Shown in pieces: positions 39,381-48,303 of a DNA stretch of 64,000 bases. A model generated the notes under the pieces. The model searched no databases, was not told the origin of the DNA, and saw only the letters and a program-made list of their open reading frames with translations. The position numbers were made by a program, and so were the translations under genes. This stretch comes from a virus (taxonomy: Duplodnaviria > Caudoviricetes), in IMG/VR virus record IMGVR_UViG_3300032038_000001, positions 64,001-128,000 of that record; one strand, 5' to 3'. Numbering within the stretch: the stretch's first letter is position 1; every line of letters starts with the position of its first letter.

Positions 39381-39552
39381 GTAATAAGATAAATGATATC
39401 TTAATCTAACTTCATAGCGAAGGCGTCAGATTAAGATATTATATAGATTATTACATAAACAGCAGTAAGTGGTTTCTCGGAACTTTTATACGTTCCCTCT
39501 GTTTACCACAGTCAATAAAACAGAGTATAAGTACAATAAGGAGGTACTTATT
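39381..39552 (+). ncRNA. structured 5' leader, copy A
   Basis: Cap motif AACTTCATAGCGAAGGCGTC (39408-39427) sits inside TTAATCT/AGATTAA. Pairings GTGGT/ACCAC, GGAAC/GTTCC, CTCTGTTT/AAACAGAG and TAAGTAC/GTACTTA; GTCAA linker. Promoter TATATAATAT-N6-G (39365-39381). Confidence 0.75.
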
Positions 39553-39885
39553 ATGACATTAACAGAAAAAATGGAATTAGCAGAGTTGATTCGTGGTATC
39601 GTTCGTGAAGAGCTGCAGAGAGTGCTTGCGGAAAATAATAAAACTGTAGACAGCGGCACTACTACAACTACCATCGGCAGCACTGAAAATGCAAAGGCTT
39701 ATTTGAAGAAAATAAGCCCGATGATGAGTGAGTATGTGAGCCGATATACCCTCTATGATATCAGCAAAGAAATGAAGTCAGTACTTACAGCTGACGAAAT
39801 AAAGTACGTCATTATCCACCTGGACTCAAATAACTTGTGTAGCAAGAAAAACAGCAGAGACCTAAGTGAGATGCTGTTTAAGTAA
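39553..39885 (+). CDS. hypothetical early protein behind structured leader (110 aa)
   Basis: ATG 39553 follows AAGGAGG; terminator at 39889-39932. Confidence 0.8.
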   Translation: MTLTEKMELAELIRGIVREELQRVLAENNKTVDSGTTTTTIGSTENAKAYLKKISPMMSEYVSRYTLYDISKEMKSVLTADEIKYVIIHLDSNNLCSKKNSRDLSEMLFK

Positions 39886-39930
39886 CAATAAGTGCAGTGT
39901 GAACAATTGTTCACACTGCACTTTATTTTT

Positions 39931-40131
39931 TTATTCAATTACAAAATATTTTCTTAAATAATCTTCCTGTGATAAATATTTTTTTTCATTTAGTTTACCA
40001 TGTTTTTTATTATAGGCTTCTTCTCTTCTAGTTTCGGCATCAGCACGTATTTTATCAATATCATGTTTTCGTTTATTCTCTCTTTTACGAGATATAAAAT
40101 TAAACTGTCTTCTACTAGAATATCTAAGCAT
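39931..40131 (-). CDS. small basic hypothetical protein
   Basis: RBS AAGGAG; directly downstream of beta'. Confidence 0.65.
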   Translation of the reverse strand: MLRYSSRRQFNFISRKRENKRKHDIDKIRADAETRREEAYNKKHGKLNEKKYLSQEDYLRKYFVIE

Positions 40132-40146
40132 ATAAATTTCTCCTTA

Positions 40147-42996
40147 TTATAATAACATTGAGTCTACATCAATTTGTCTGGATTTTACTAAGTTTTCATG
40201 GAATTTTTTCATTCCTAAACGTTTGGTAGTTTCAGCAGGACGGGAACATAATAAACCTATATTAATTTTACCAAGTTTATAATAGAAGTCACCTGCACAT
40301 TTGTTACACAGGCATTTAGTATTTCCATATCCTACACAGAACATGGGGCTTCTTAATTTAACAGTTTTGCCGATATATTTAGGAAGTACCTCGTTTGTCA
40401 AACAAATAAGTTTTGAACCTTCAATAATATATCTATATGCAAAATCGTCATAACCTTTTTGAGGTATAGTAATAGTTAAATATCCTAAACTTCCACAATC
40501 TGAATCTTTAGGTCCTAATACTTCTGCTTGCATTGCAGAGATAAGTTCTTTTGAAAGATAACCAGATACTGCTGTACCCTTTGCTTTAGGATAAGCTCCT
40601 CCAATAATTTCATTAGAGTGTGCAGGAATATCTTTTTTATCAAGACCATCAAGTAATGCATTAGTTAGAATATTAAATCCACCATACATTTCATTTTTAA
40701 TTGCACCTCTCATAAGGTACATGTTTTTATAGTTATTACCTATTGAACCACGAGCACCAGACACATAAAGATCCATACCAATATCATCTTTAAGAGCTTC
40801 TTTTGTTTTAGCAATAAGTTCTTTTTCAATGAGCTCAGATGCTTTCGGGTCTCCATTAGCGAGTTCATTTTTATACTTTTCTAAGAGCTCCTTTTTCAGT
40901 TTCTTTACTTCGGGTGGAACTTTAAGAATTGTTGGTGTAAATGATGTTGTTATTACTGCATGAAATTGGAGACCTAACCAGTCACGCATATCTGTATATT
41001 TATACATCTGATCAACTGTTATTTTGTCATCTTTTAATCCTGCAGTTATAGTATTTTCTACTTTTCCAAATCCACCATCATCAAGTACGTAATTGACATA
41101 TCCAAGTATATTTCCTAATCCAACTTCTTCAATCATTAATTTATTAAAAATAAATCTACCTAAAGTTGTTTTTGTAGGACTTGATACTAATGGATATTCA
41201 CTTGGAGTTATTGTTAATATATCAGTACATGAATATTTTGATTTACTTGCTTTTATAGGTTTTTTAACTTTTTCTTCAGGTTTCGTAGTTTCTACTGTTT
41301 CAATATTAACAGTATTACCAAACCACTCAACTAATTTAGAAAAAGTTATATCACCGGGTTTTAATGAAGTGAAGTATTCGGCATCTTCATTACTAAGGAC
41401 TCTATCAGAAGATTTTGGCTCTTTAGTCATTGTGTAGAATGTCTGTATAGCCTCATTTTCAACTTTACGTATATTTTTACCAGAAGCATTTATAAAGTAC
41501 GATTTACTATTCATAGCACGTCTACATTCTTCATTAGCTTCCTGAGTAAAAACAATTTTAACAGTCGTTTGGTCACCATCATAGTCGCCATCGAGTCCAG
41601 GTAAATATGAATTCGAGAACTGGACAGAATCAATGAATTTACTAGCCATTTTATCTGCGGGAACATCAAATTCTATACTTGGATACCACGGATATACTTG
41701 GCCATTGTATGAAGCTACAATAGTCTTTGTTGTTGATACTACTCTTATTTTTGCTAAGAATATACCAAACTCATCAAGTAGAGGATAACGTGTTACAAGA
41801 CAGTATTTATCTTTTGTAACATCATACGCAGCCATATATAAAATATCTGTCCATGTCAGATATCTATTAGCTTGTGTTGCTAACTCTACTTGAGTGTTAG
41901 GATCTAATATTTTTCCTTTAAATCTTAAATAACCTTTTTTATTAGTACCTTCTAATGGAACTTCAATCTTATTAAATCTTGACTCAGGGTCTTTGATATA
42001 GAGATCAATCATTTTCTTAAAATATTTTTCGTTAAATGTTGATGACGGATCTTTTAACTTAACTAAGCCAGTATCAGCATTGTTAAAACCATATACAGCA
42101 TTTGCTATTTGACTATTGTCAATAACCTCTCTCTCAAAAAAGTTTTTGACCCAATACATAATAAATGGATACGCCAAGCTACAAACTTGTGATATAGGAA
42201 TTGCTGCATGTCTGAAATCAGTTAACATGTCTTCAGGTCTTTCAGCATGAAACGTGGGTGCTGTTATAACAGTACGTGTACAATAGTCAACGTTTCTTCC
42301 TAATAAGTATTTACGTAGTAATCCATTTTTCTTTTCAAGCTTTGTTTTAAAATAATCATATATTTCAACAAGAGTATTCTGTATATTAAAATTAGTAGCA
42401 CTAAACTGGAAATCAAAGACATCTTTATCTTTAACAAGATTGGTATATCTAATTAATTGCGAATATAATTGATTTATATTTCCAGTTTCACCGCTACCAC
42501 TTTTACTATATGTTACATCTCTATAAAAAGCAGGTATTACTAAGCAATAATGAATAAATATTTCATTTTTTTTACTTTTGGTAATAAGGTCAATTCTTTC
42601 ATTACGCATGCCTTGTTCTATAGAGTATTCCCATTTTATTTTATTCCAGTTATTATAAAGGAAATCTAAACCAGTATCTCCATTATCATCTTTTACAAGT
42701 CTTCCATCCTTATCAATAGAATAATACTCCTCACCGTTTATAATTCTTTCTACATTTCTATACAAACGTTTCAATGCTTTATAAATATGAGGATGAAAAA
42801 AATAACCATGAAGATTGATATATGCAAAAGTTTCTTTTCTGGATTTTGTTGTTATTCCAAAAATTTCATTAGATATTAATCCATTTGGATGAGGTATACC
42901 TCCTCTTTGAAATAAAACACCAGATGTAACTTCTTGTAGATGATTCAATTCAATGAATTCTTCCATATTGAATAAATCAATTTTCAAATTTATCAC
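40147..42996 (-). CDS. rpoC: RNA polymerase beta' subunit (probably virion RNAP)
   Basis: GLISNEIFG, VIPAFYR, KNGLLRKYLLGRNVDY..R.VI, catalytic DGDYDGD, SGARG, SGYLSK, RSPMFC..C..C.G and a trigger-loop-like AETTKRLGMKKFH. Late motif at 43015-43026. Confidence 0.93.
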   Translation of the reverse strand: MINLKIDLFNMEEFIELNHLQEVTSGVLFQRGGIPHPNGLISNEIFGITTKSRKETFAYINLHGYFFHPHIYKALKRLYRNVERIINGEEYYSIDKDGRLVKDDNGDTGLDFLYNNWNKIKWEYSIEQGMRNERIDLITKSKKNEIFIHYCLVIPAFYRDVTYSKSGSGETGNINQLYSQLIRYTNLVKDKDVFDFQFSATNFNIQNTLVEIYDYFKTKLEKKNGLLRKYLLGRNVDYCTRTVITAPTFHAERPEDMLTDFRHAAIPISQVCSLAYPFIMYWVKNFFEREVIDNSQIANAVYGFNNADTGLVKLKDPSSTFNEKYFKKMIDLYIKDPESRFNKIEVPLEGTNKKGYLRFKGKILDPNTQVELATQANRYLTWTDILYMAAYDVTKDKYCLVTRYPLLDEFGIFLAKIRVVSTTKTIVASYNGQVYPWYPSIEFDVPADKMASKFIDSVQFSNSYLPGLDGDYDGDQTTVKIVFTQEANEECRRAMNSKSYFINASGKNIRKVENEAIQTFYTMTKEPKSSDRVLSNEDAEYFTSLKPGDITFSKLVEWFGNTVNIETVETTKPEEKVKKPIKASKSKYSCTDILTITPSEYPLVSSPTKTTLGRFIFNKLMIEEVGLGNILGYVNYVLDDGGFGKVENTITAGLKDDKITVDQMYKYTDMRDWLGLQFHAVITTSFTPTILKVPPEVKKLKKELLEKYKNELANGDPKASELIEKELIAKTKEALKDDIGMDLYVSGARGSIGNNYKNMYLMRGAIKNEMYGGFNILTNALLDGLDKKDIPAHSNEIIGGAYPKAKGTAVSGYLSKELISAMQAEVLGPKDSDCGSLGYLTITIPQKGYDDFAYRYIIEGSKLICLTNEVLPKYIGKTVKLRSPMFCVGYGNTKCLCNKCAGDFYYKLGKINIGLLCSRPAETTKRLGMKKFHENLVKSRQIDVDSMLL

Positions 42997-43094
42997 ATCC
43001 TTTATATTAAATATTAACCTATTGTTTTTAATGGGTATTTTTAGAAACAGACAAATATATAAATATTTTTTTAGAAATGAGGGTAATGATAGAT

Positions 43095-44435
43095 ATGTTT
43101 AATAATGACTTATTTACTGAAGCATATTCAGGTAAAACTAAGACTCTTTTGAAAATAGAAAAACTTTTGGATGATATGTGTAATAGAATGAAAGTAGACC
43201 CGGATGCTGACTATACCAATTCGTTTGAAAATAAGCAAATCTGTAATCTTTTTAAAGAACAATTTGGATTTAAAAATGTATATATAATTTGGAAAAGAAC
43301 TCCTAGAATGGCTCCCAATGCATTTACATTAATGAGCGTTAATGTATTATGGAGAGATAAAGGAAAATTCTATGATAAGAACAAAAAAAATTTTTATGAT
43401 AAACAACATAAACATACAGTATATATTGAAGTATCACAATCAATGGCTAGAGATATAGACTTGAGTGGTGCTGAATATTTAGCTATAATTTTACATGAAA
43501 TTGGACATAATTTTGATACAAGCCCTTATATGGTAATTTCTGTAATATTTACTTGGATTAAATTATTGGCTGAGGTTATAACCAAAACTGTTATAATAGA
43601 TCCTGAAACACAAGAGGAAATAGTCATGAAGGGAATCAATCCTCAAGCAATTTTATCAATGGTAGTTAATACTAATCCAGGTAAAACCGTTTATGGATCA
43701 ATTCAACAAGCATTTGAATACATCAAGGATAAATTTAAACCTATAAAAAGATTTATGTCATTTTTAAGGATGATAACCAGTGAATTATATAAAGCTATAG
43801 TAAAAGTTACTACTCCTATTTTAATAGTTCCTCAGACTATAATGTATGGTATATTAAGTCCTGTATATCATTTAATGACTGTTCCGACACGTAAAACAGA
43901 AATATATGCTGATTCATTTGCATTATATTATGGCTATAGTGTTGAACTTTCCAGGGCACTTGATAAACTTACTGACGGACTAATGATACGTAATAGTAAA
44001 GGAAAAGTTGTTGATCTCACTGGTATTAACAGGGTACTTACAGATATTGCCATGACACAATATTATTTAACACTGGTTCTTATTGGTGCAGACCACGGGT
44101 CTAATGAAACACGTTTATTAACAAATATGAAAATTATTGAAAAAGAATTAAACGAAAATAAATATCCACCCGAAGTAGAAAAAGATCTGAGAAATCAGAT
44201 AAATGGATTAAAAGAAGTATATAGTGTATTTAAATCTGGAGGGGAACAATCATTAACTCTTTTAGGTGGTGCACGTGAAATAGTTGAATCAATATTTGGG
44301 GGAAGATCTGATTATATAGCTAAGTTTTTCCCATCATATATTGCAACTAAAAATGATGAACCTTTAAATTTAGAAGAATCTACTAATACAGAAATCGATG
44401 ATATAATTGATTCAATTATATCAAATGATGAGTAA
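43095..44435 (+). CDS. zincin metallopeptidase-like protein (M48-like), probably virion-associated
   Basis: PNAFT, ILHEIGH, E.YADSFA..YGY..EL..AL.KL and DHGSNETR. Start is uncertain (43077-43095). Confidence 0.75.
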   Translation: MFNNDLFTEAYSGKTKTLLKIEKLLDDMCNRMKVDPDADYTNSFENKQICNLFKEQFGFKNVYIIWKRTPRMAPNAFTLMSVNVLWRDKGKFYDKNKKNFYDKQHKHTVYIEVSQSMARDIDLSGAEYLAIILHEIGHNFDTSPYMVISVIFTWIKLLAEVITKTVIIDPETQEEIVMKGINPQAILSMVVNTNPGKTVYGSIQQAFEYIKDKFKPIKRFMSFLRMITSELYKAIVKVTTPILIVPQTIMYGILSPVYHLMTVPTRKTEIYADSFALYYGYSVELSRALDKLTDGLMIRNSKGKVVDLTGINRVLTDIAMTQYYLTLVLIGADHGSNETRLLTNMKIIEKELNENKYPPEVEKDLRNQINGLKEVYSVFKSGGEQSLTLLGGAREIVESIFGGRSDYIAKFFPSYIATKNDEPLNLEESTNTEIDDIIDSIISNDE

Positions 44436-44481
44436 ATAAAAAAGAATCTGATACTTATCGTTAGTATCAGATTCTTTATTG

Positions 44482-45081
44482 TCATGTATTAGAAGAAGGA
44501 TTATGTGGCATAGCTCTCATCTCAACCATTAGATTAGCGATAAATGAGTCACCATTTTCTTGTAGGTATTTTTGATATCTATCCTCAAGTGCTTGTAAGA
44601 CATATACTTCAATATATCCTTTTGCTTGACTATCATAATATTGCAGGGTGATAAAAGATCGTATGCTTTCTTTATCGGATTCTATCAATAAATTCATGTT
44701 AGAATGGACTACATCTATTTTTGTATTTATTTGCTCTTGTTTTTCTTCGTATTTTGTCATCCTCGTTATTATTGCTTGATCTTTTTCTTCACTTAATTCT
44801 TTAAATTCACTCATCTTTGTATTAATATCGGTAATAGTACTATTAAAATTAGCAGACATATCTCTTACACTTTGAGCAAGTTCTAACATTTCATCTTTAA
44901 ATTCAGTATTATCGCGACTTTCATTTGCCTTTTGTAATATTTCAGCATCATGTTCAGCTATTTGTTTTTTTAATGTTTTATAAGCCTTAAGTATAAAACC
45001 ACCACAAACAACAATAACCGATAGAGCTATACCGAGCCCTGGAGCGACTGAATTCATAAAATCAATAAATGTTCCCTCCAT
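44482..45081 (-). CDS. membrane-anchored coiled-coil protein, lysis-cassette-like
   Basis: N-terminal TM helix, coiled coil and C-terminal LEDRYQKY...NGDS motif. Late motif at 45119-45130. Confidence 0.6.
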   Translation of the reverse strand: MEGTFIDFMNSVAPGLGIALSVIVVCGGFILKAYKTLKKQIAEHDAEILQKANESRDNTEFKDEMLELAQSVRDMSANFNSTITDINTKMSEFKELSEEKDQAIITRMTKYEEKQEQINTKIDVVHSNMNLLIESDKESIRSFITLQYYDSQAKGYIEVYVLQALEDRYQKYLQENGDSFIANLMVEMRAMPHNPSSNT

Positions 45082-45266
45082 AATTCATATACCCTCCTTA
45101 GGTAGAAAAATGTATTATTATTGAATTGTTTTTATATGACTACAAGCTACTCAATAATTATAAATATATACAACATATAAATAAGGTTTTTTTATTATGC
45201 ACTAATTTTTCGTCCTTCCTGTGAAAATAATGTGATAGCAAAATAATTTGCTATCACATTATTTTT

Positions 45267-47897
45267 TTACTTCCTATTAATATCGAGATAATTGGCTAAA
45301 TAATACTTATCTTCTCGGTTTTTATTAAACCCAAGATCAATTATATCAACTGGATATGATGAGAACATGTCGTTATGAGTTATTAGAAAACTTTGTTCAG
45401 AACCAATTCTATCTATTTGATTTTCCAGTATTCTTATAAATTTTTCTCTGTTCTTTATATCTAATGGTCCATCAATTTCATCTAATAGCATTATATTATA
45501 TTTACTTAATGTTTGTGATGCTAAACCGAATGATAGTGCTATTGATAAGAAACTCAATTCTCCTTGTGATGCATATTTAACATCGTTTATTAACTCTCCT
45601 CTATTATAAAAGGGAATTGAAAACTCGGTAGGAGTAATTTTAAAATCGTCCAGATATATTTGACCATTAAAGGCTATATCCAATAATTCATTTGTTATTT
45701 CAACAGTATTACCAAGATAGCTTTTTATATAGTATAATGGCATTCCTTTTTTCGATGACAATGCCTCTTTGGTTAATGTCATTTCATCAAATTTTATATT
45801 GTATAAATCTAATTCTTTTTTAATAGAATCATATTGATCAATATTTGATTGTAATTTTTGTATTTCAGATGATAAGGTATCGATACTAAATTTAACTTTA
45901 TCAATATCACGTTCACATTCTCTAGCATTATCTCTGTTTTTTATATAAGAATTATAGTCATTAAAAAGTTTTTCATAAAGAGCTTCTAACTCATCATGTT
46001 TTTCGAAAGTTTCTTTCAAATCATTATATGTCTCAATCGTATTTGTATCATCTTTGATTCTCTCAGATAATTTTGATATTATCTTTTTAAGATCTATAAT
46101 CTGTTCTTGATATTCATTTATTTGATTACTAATGGATTCCATTTGTTCTGATATATATTTAAAGTTAGATGTCTTTTCATATCTTGATATGGATTTTTCA
46201 AGTTCTACCATTTTACTAGTTAACGATACATAATTATCATATTCTGTTACGGTTGAGAGAACATCATTCATTGCAGTTTCATTAAATATCCGAGTGCATG
46301 CTGCGATTGAATTGTAGATATTTACTGTTTTAAAATCATTTTGTATACTGGGTGGTAATCTCTCTATTATAGATTTATAATCTGCAAATGAAAGTAATAC
46401 ATCTCTTATATTTTGATATGCATATTCCATATCTTTATAAAAAGATAAATCTTTTTTAGACTCATGTTCAACTTCACTATTCTCGAGTAAATTCTTTACT
46501 TGAATCCATAACTGTTTTGCTTCACACTTATCATTATTACAGTTTTCAAATATTTTAGTATCATTAACTGTACTCATTCTTCTGGAGACAGTTTTTAAAA
46601 ACAACATCTGACTATCTTCATCAGAGTCTAAACCCATAATATGAGTATTTATATATTGTATCACATTACGATTATCTTGTAATAATGAAATAATCTTCGA
46701 CACAACTTTTTTTCCAAATTCATAAGTTTTATCAAGTTTATTTTGTGTATTTTTTATAAATACATAAAATTTATCAAATTCATCTTTGGTGAAATCATAG
46801 TTATATTCACCTAATAAAATTTCTATTGACGCTATTTTTTCTGTTAATTTTCTACGTTCCTCGATTAGAGATTGAAGTTCTTTGTCATTATTCTCCTCTT
46901 TTTGATATTGTACTTCAAGACTACGGTGTTGTTCCTGAAGTTGATTAAGTGTAGATAAATGATTTTGAATTAATATATTAGAGGAATCGATTTGTGCTTG
47001 ATTGCGTATATTTTGCTTTTCCAATTCAATGATTTTAGATGCATAAAAAGAAGCATCTGTTGATTCTAAATCATTAGCATTTTCGAGAATTTTATTCATT
47101 TTATCTAATTTCTTTAATGTACTAGATAACCTATCTTTTAGTGTTGCAGTATCTTCTATTTTTTCTATTTCATGATTATATATTGATAAAAGACCTGATA
47201 ATTTACCAAACTTTTCTTGCTCTTCTTCAACTCGTGCTTTCAAAATAACCAAACGTTGTTTTGCCTCTTTTTTATCTTGTATACCTAATTTATTCATTTT
47301 ATCAACCAAATGTGATATCATCGCTTTTACTTGAATTAGGTCATTATTAATTTTTTTATAATATGAGAGAAAAATTCCTATTTCATCAAGAAGTTTACTC
47401 ATGAAAGTTTTACGTTCAGTTTCTGTTAGGTTTATCATCGAGGTAACGTTACTACCTATTCTTATAAGTTTAAGATGATCTGGTTCGATACCTAACTCTA
47501 TTCTTACAAGTTCTTTAAATGATGTAACATTTCCATTCTCATTTAATTCATTACCATTTTTAGATATATAAGATTTAACGGAATGATTTTTATTAGTTTC
47601 TTTATGAGCTTTATATATATGCTTAATTATATAATAATCATTATTATAAGAGATATGGATTTCTTTATATCCATCTAGACCTGAAAGTATAAGATTTAAA
47701 CTATCACGTACGTCTAAATTTCCTACACCTGCAAATGGATGGAGTAGACTTAATATGGTAGTCTTACCCGAACCATTTGGTCCAATAAGTAAACAAACTT
47801 TATTCATTGTATTACTAAAATCAATACTGAATTCATTACAGTCCATTGCATTCTTTATAGCTGCAAAGTTTTTAAATATAATTTTTTCAATTTTCAT
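45267..47897 (-). CDS. sbcC: SbcC/Rad50-like SMC ATPase
   Basis: GPNGSGKT, long coiled coils, ASQGE, LLDEIDGPLD and ITH. Start is ATG 47897 after GAAAGGAA. Confidence 0.9.
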   Translation of the reverse strand: MKIEKIIFKNFAAIKNAMDCNEFSIDFSNTMNKVCLLIGPNGSGKTTILSLLHPFAGVGNLDVRDSLNLILSGLDGYKEIHISYNNDYYIIKHIYKAHKETNKNHSVKSYISKNGNELNENGNVTSFKELVRIELGIEPDHLKLIRIGSNVTSMINLTETERKTFMSKLLDEIGIFLSYYKKINNDLIQVKAMISHLVDKMNKLGIQDKKEAKQRLVILKARVEEEQEKFGKLSGLLSIYNHEIEKIEDTATLKDRLSSTLKKLDKMNKILENANDLESTDASFYASKIIELEKQNIRNQAQIDSSNILIQNHLSTLNQLQEQHRSLEVQYQKEENNDKELQSLIEERRKLTEKIASIEILLGEYNYDFTKDEFDKFYVFIKNTQNKLDKTYEFGKKVVSKIISLLQDNRNVIQYINTHIMGLDSDEDSQMLFLKTVSRRMSTVNDTKIFENCNNDKCEAKQLWIQVKNLLENSEVEHESKKDLSFYKDMEYAYQNIRDVLLSFADYKSIIERLPPSIQNDFKTVNIYNSIAACTRIFNETAMNDVLSTVTEYDNYVSLTSKMVELEKSISRYEKTSNFKYISEQMESISNQINEYQEQIIDLKKIISKLSERIKDDTNTIETYNDLKETFEKHDELEALYEKLFNDYNSYIKNRDNARECERDIDKVKFSIDTLSSEIQKLQSNIDQYDSIKKELDLYNIKFDEMTLTKEALSSKKGMPLYYIKSYLGNTVEITNELLDIAFNGQIYLDDFKITPTEFSIPFYNRGELINDVKYASQGELSFLSIALSFGLASQTLSKYNIMLLDEIDGPLDIKNREKFIRILENQIDRIGSEQSFLITHNDMFSSYPVDIIDLGFNKNREDKYYLANYLDINRK

Positions 47898-48303
47898 AAA
47901 AATATTCCTTTCATTATAAAAGTCATTATTTTTAAGTTTTTTCAATAATATAAACATATAAATAACTCATATTTGTTCGTTTTTTTAAAATTCCAAGTTT
48001 TGACGTTAGAATATTCATATATGTTGGATACACCTCCACATATAATCTATTATGATTATAAGCTAACTTAAAAAATTTCCATCTAACGTTAGGCTTGTTA
48101 TTATATATGCCCAGCGGTATAATGACTGCAACTTTAACTAACTCTTTGACCGCACTGCTCAAAACGATCACTTTAGTTATTGGCTTAATTGCAATAACAC
48201 TGTCATTTGTTTTTTGGTCCTCCGATGTACAATATTACAAGTCATTATACTACTCCTAAAAAATTGTGAGAGTGTACTATAAAGTACACTCTCACATGTT
48301 TTT

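Noticed and set aside
39469-39552. GTG-start N-terminal extension of ORF 39469-39885
   Set aside because: It overlaps the conserved RNA leader. The SD points to ATG 39553, and the frame is not kept in the other copies.
39381-39552. Leader as hammerhead, HDV/theta ribozyme or preQ1-I riboswitch
   Set aside because: There is no CUGANGA/GAAA core, and the stem order differs from the HDV nested double pseudoknot. Only copy D superficially resembles preQ1-I (GG-UUC...AC-CC); the other copies lack those nucleotides. A formal Rfam search is still needed.
47932-48245. Minus-strand ORF 48171-47932 with an out-of-frame RBS/ATG at 48245
   Set aside because: It may be another frameshifted gene (A6 run), but it has no recognisable motif, so it is not called as a feature.
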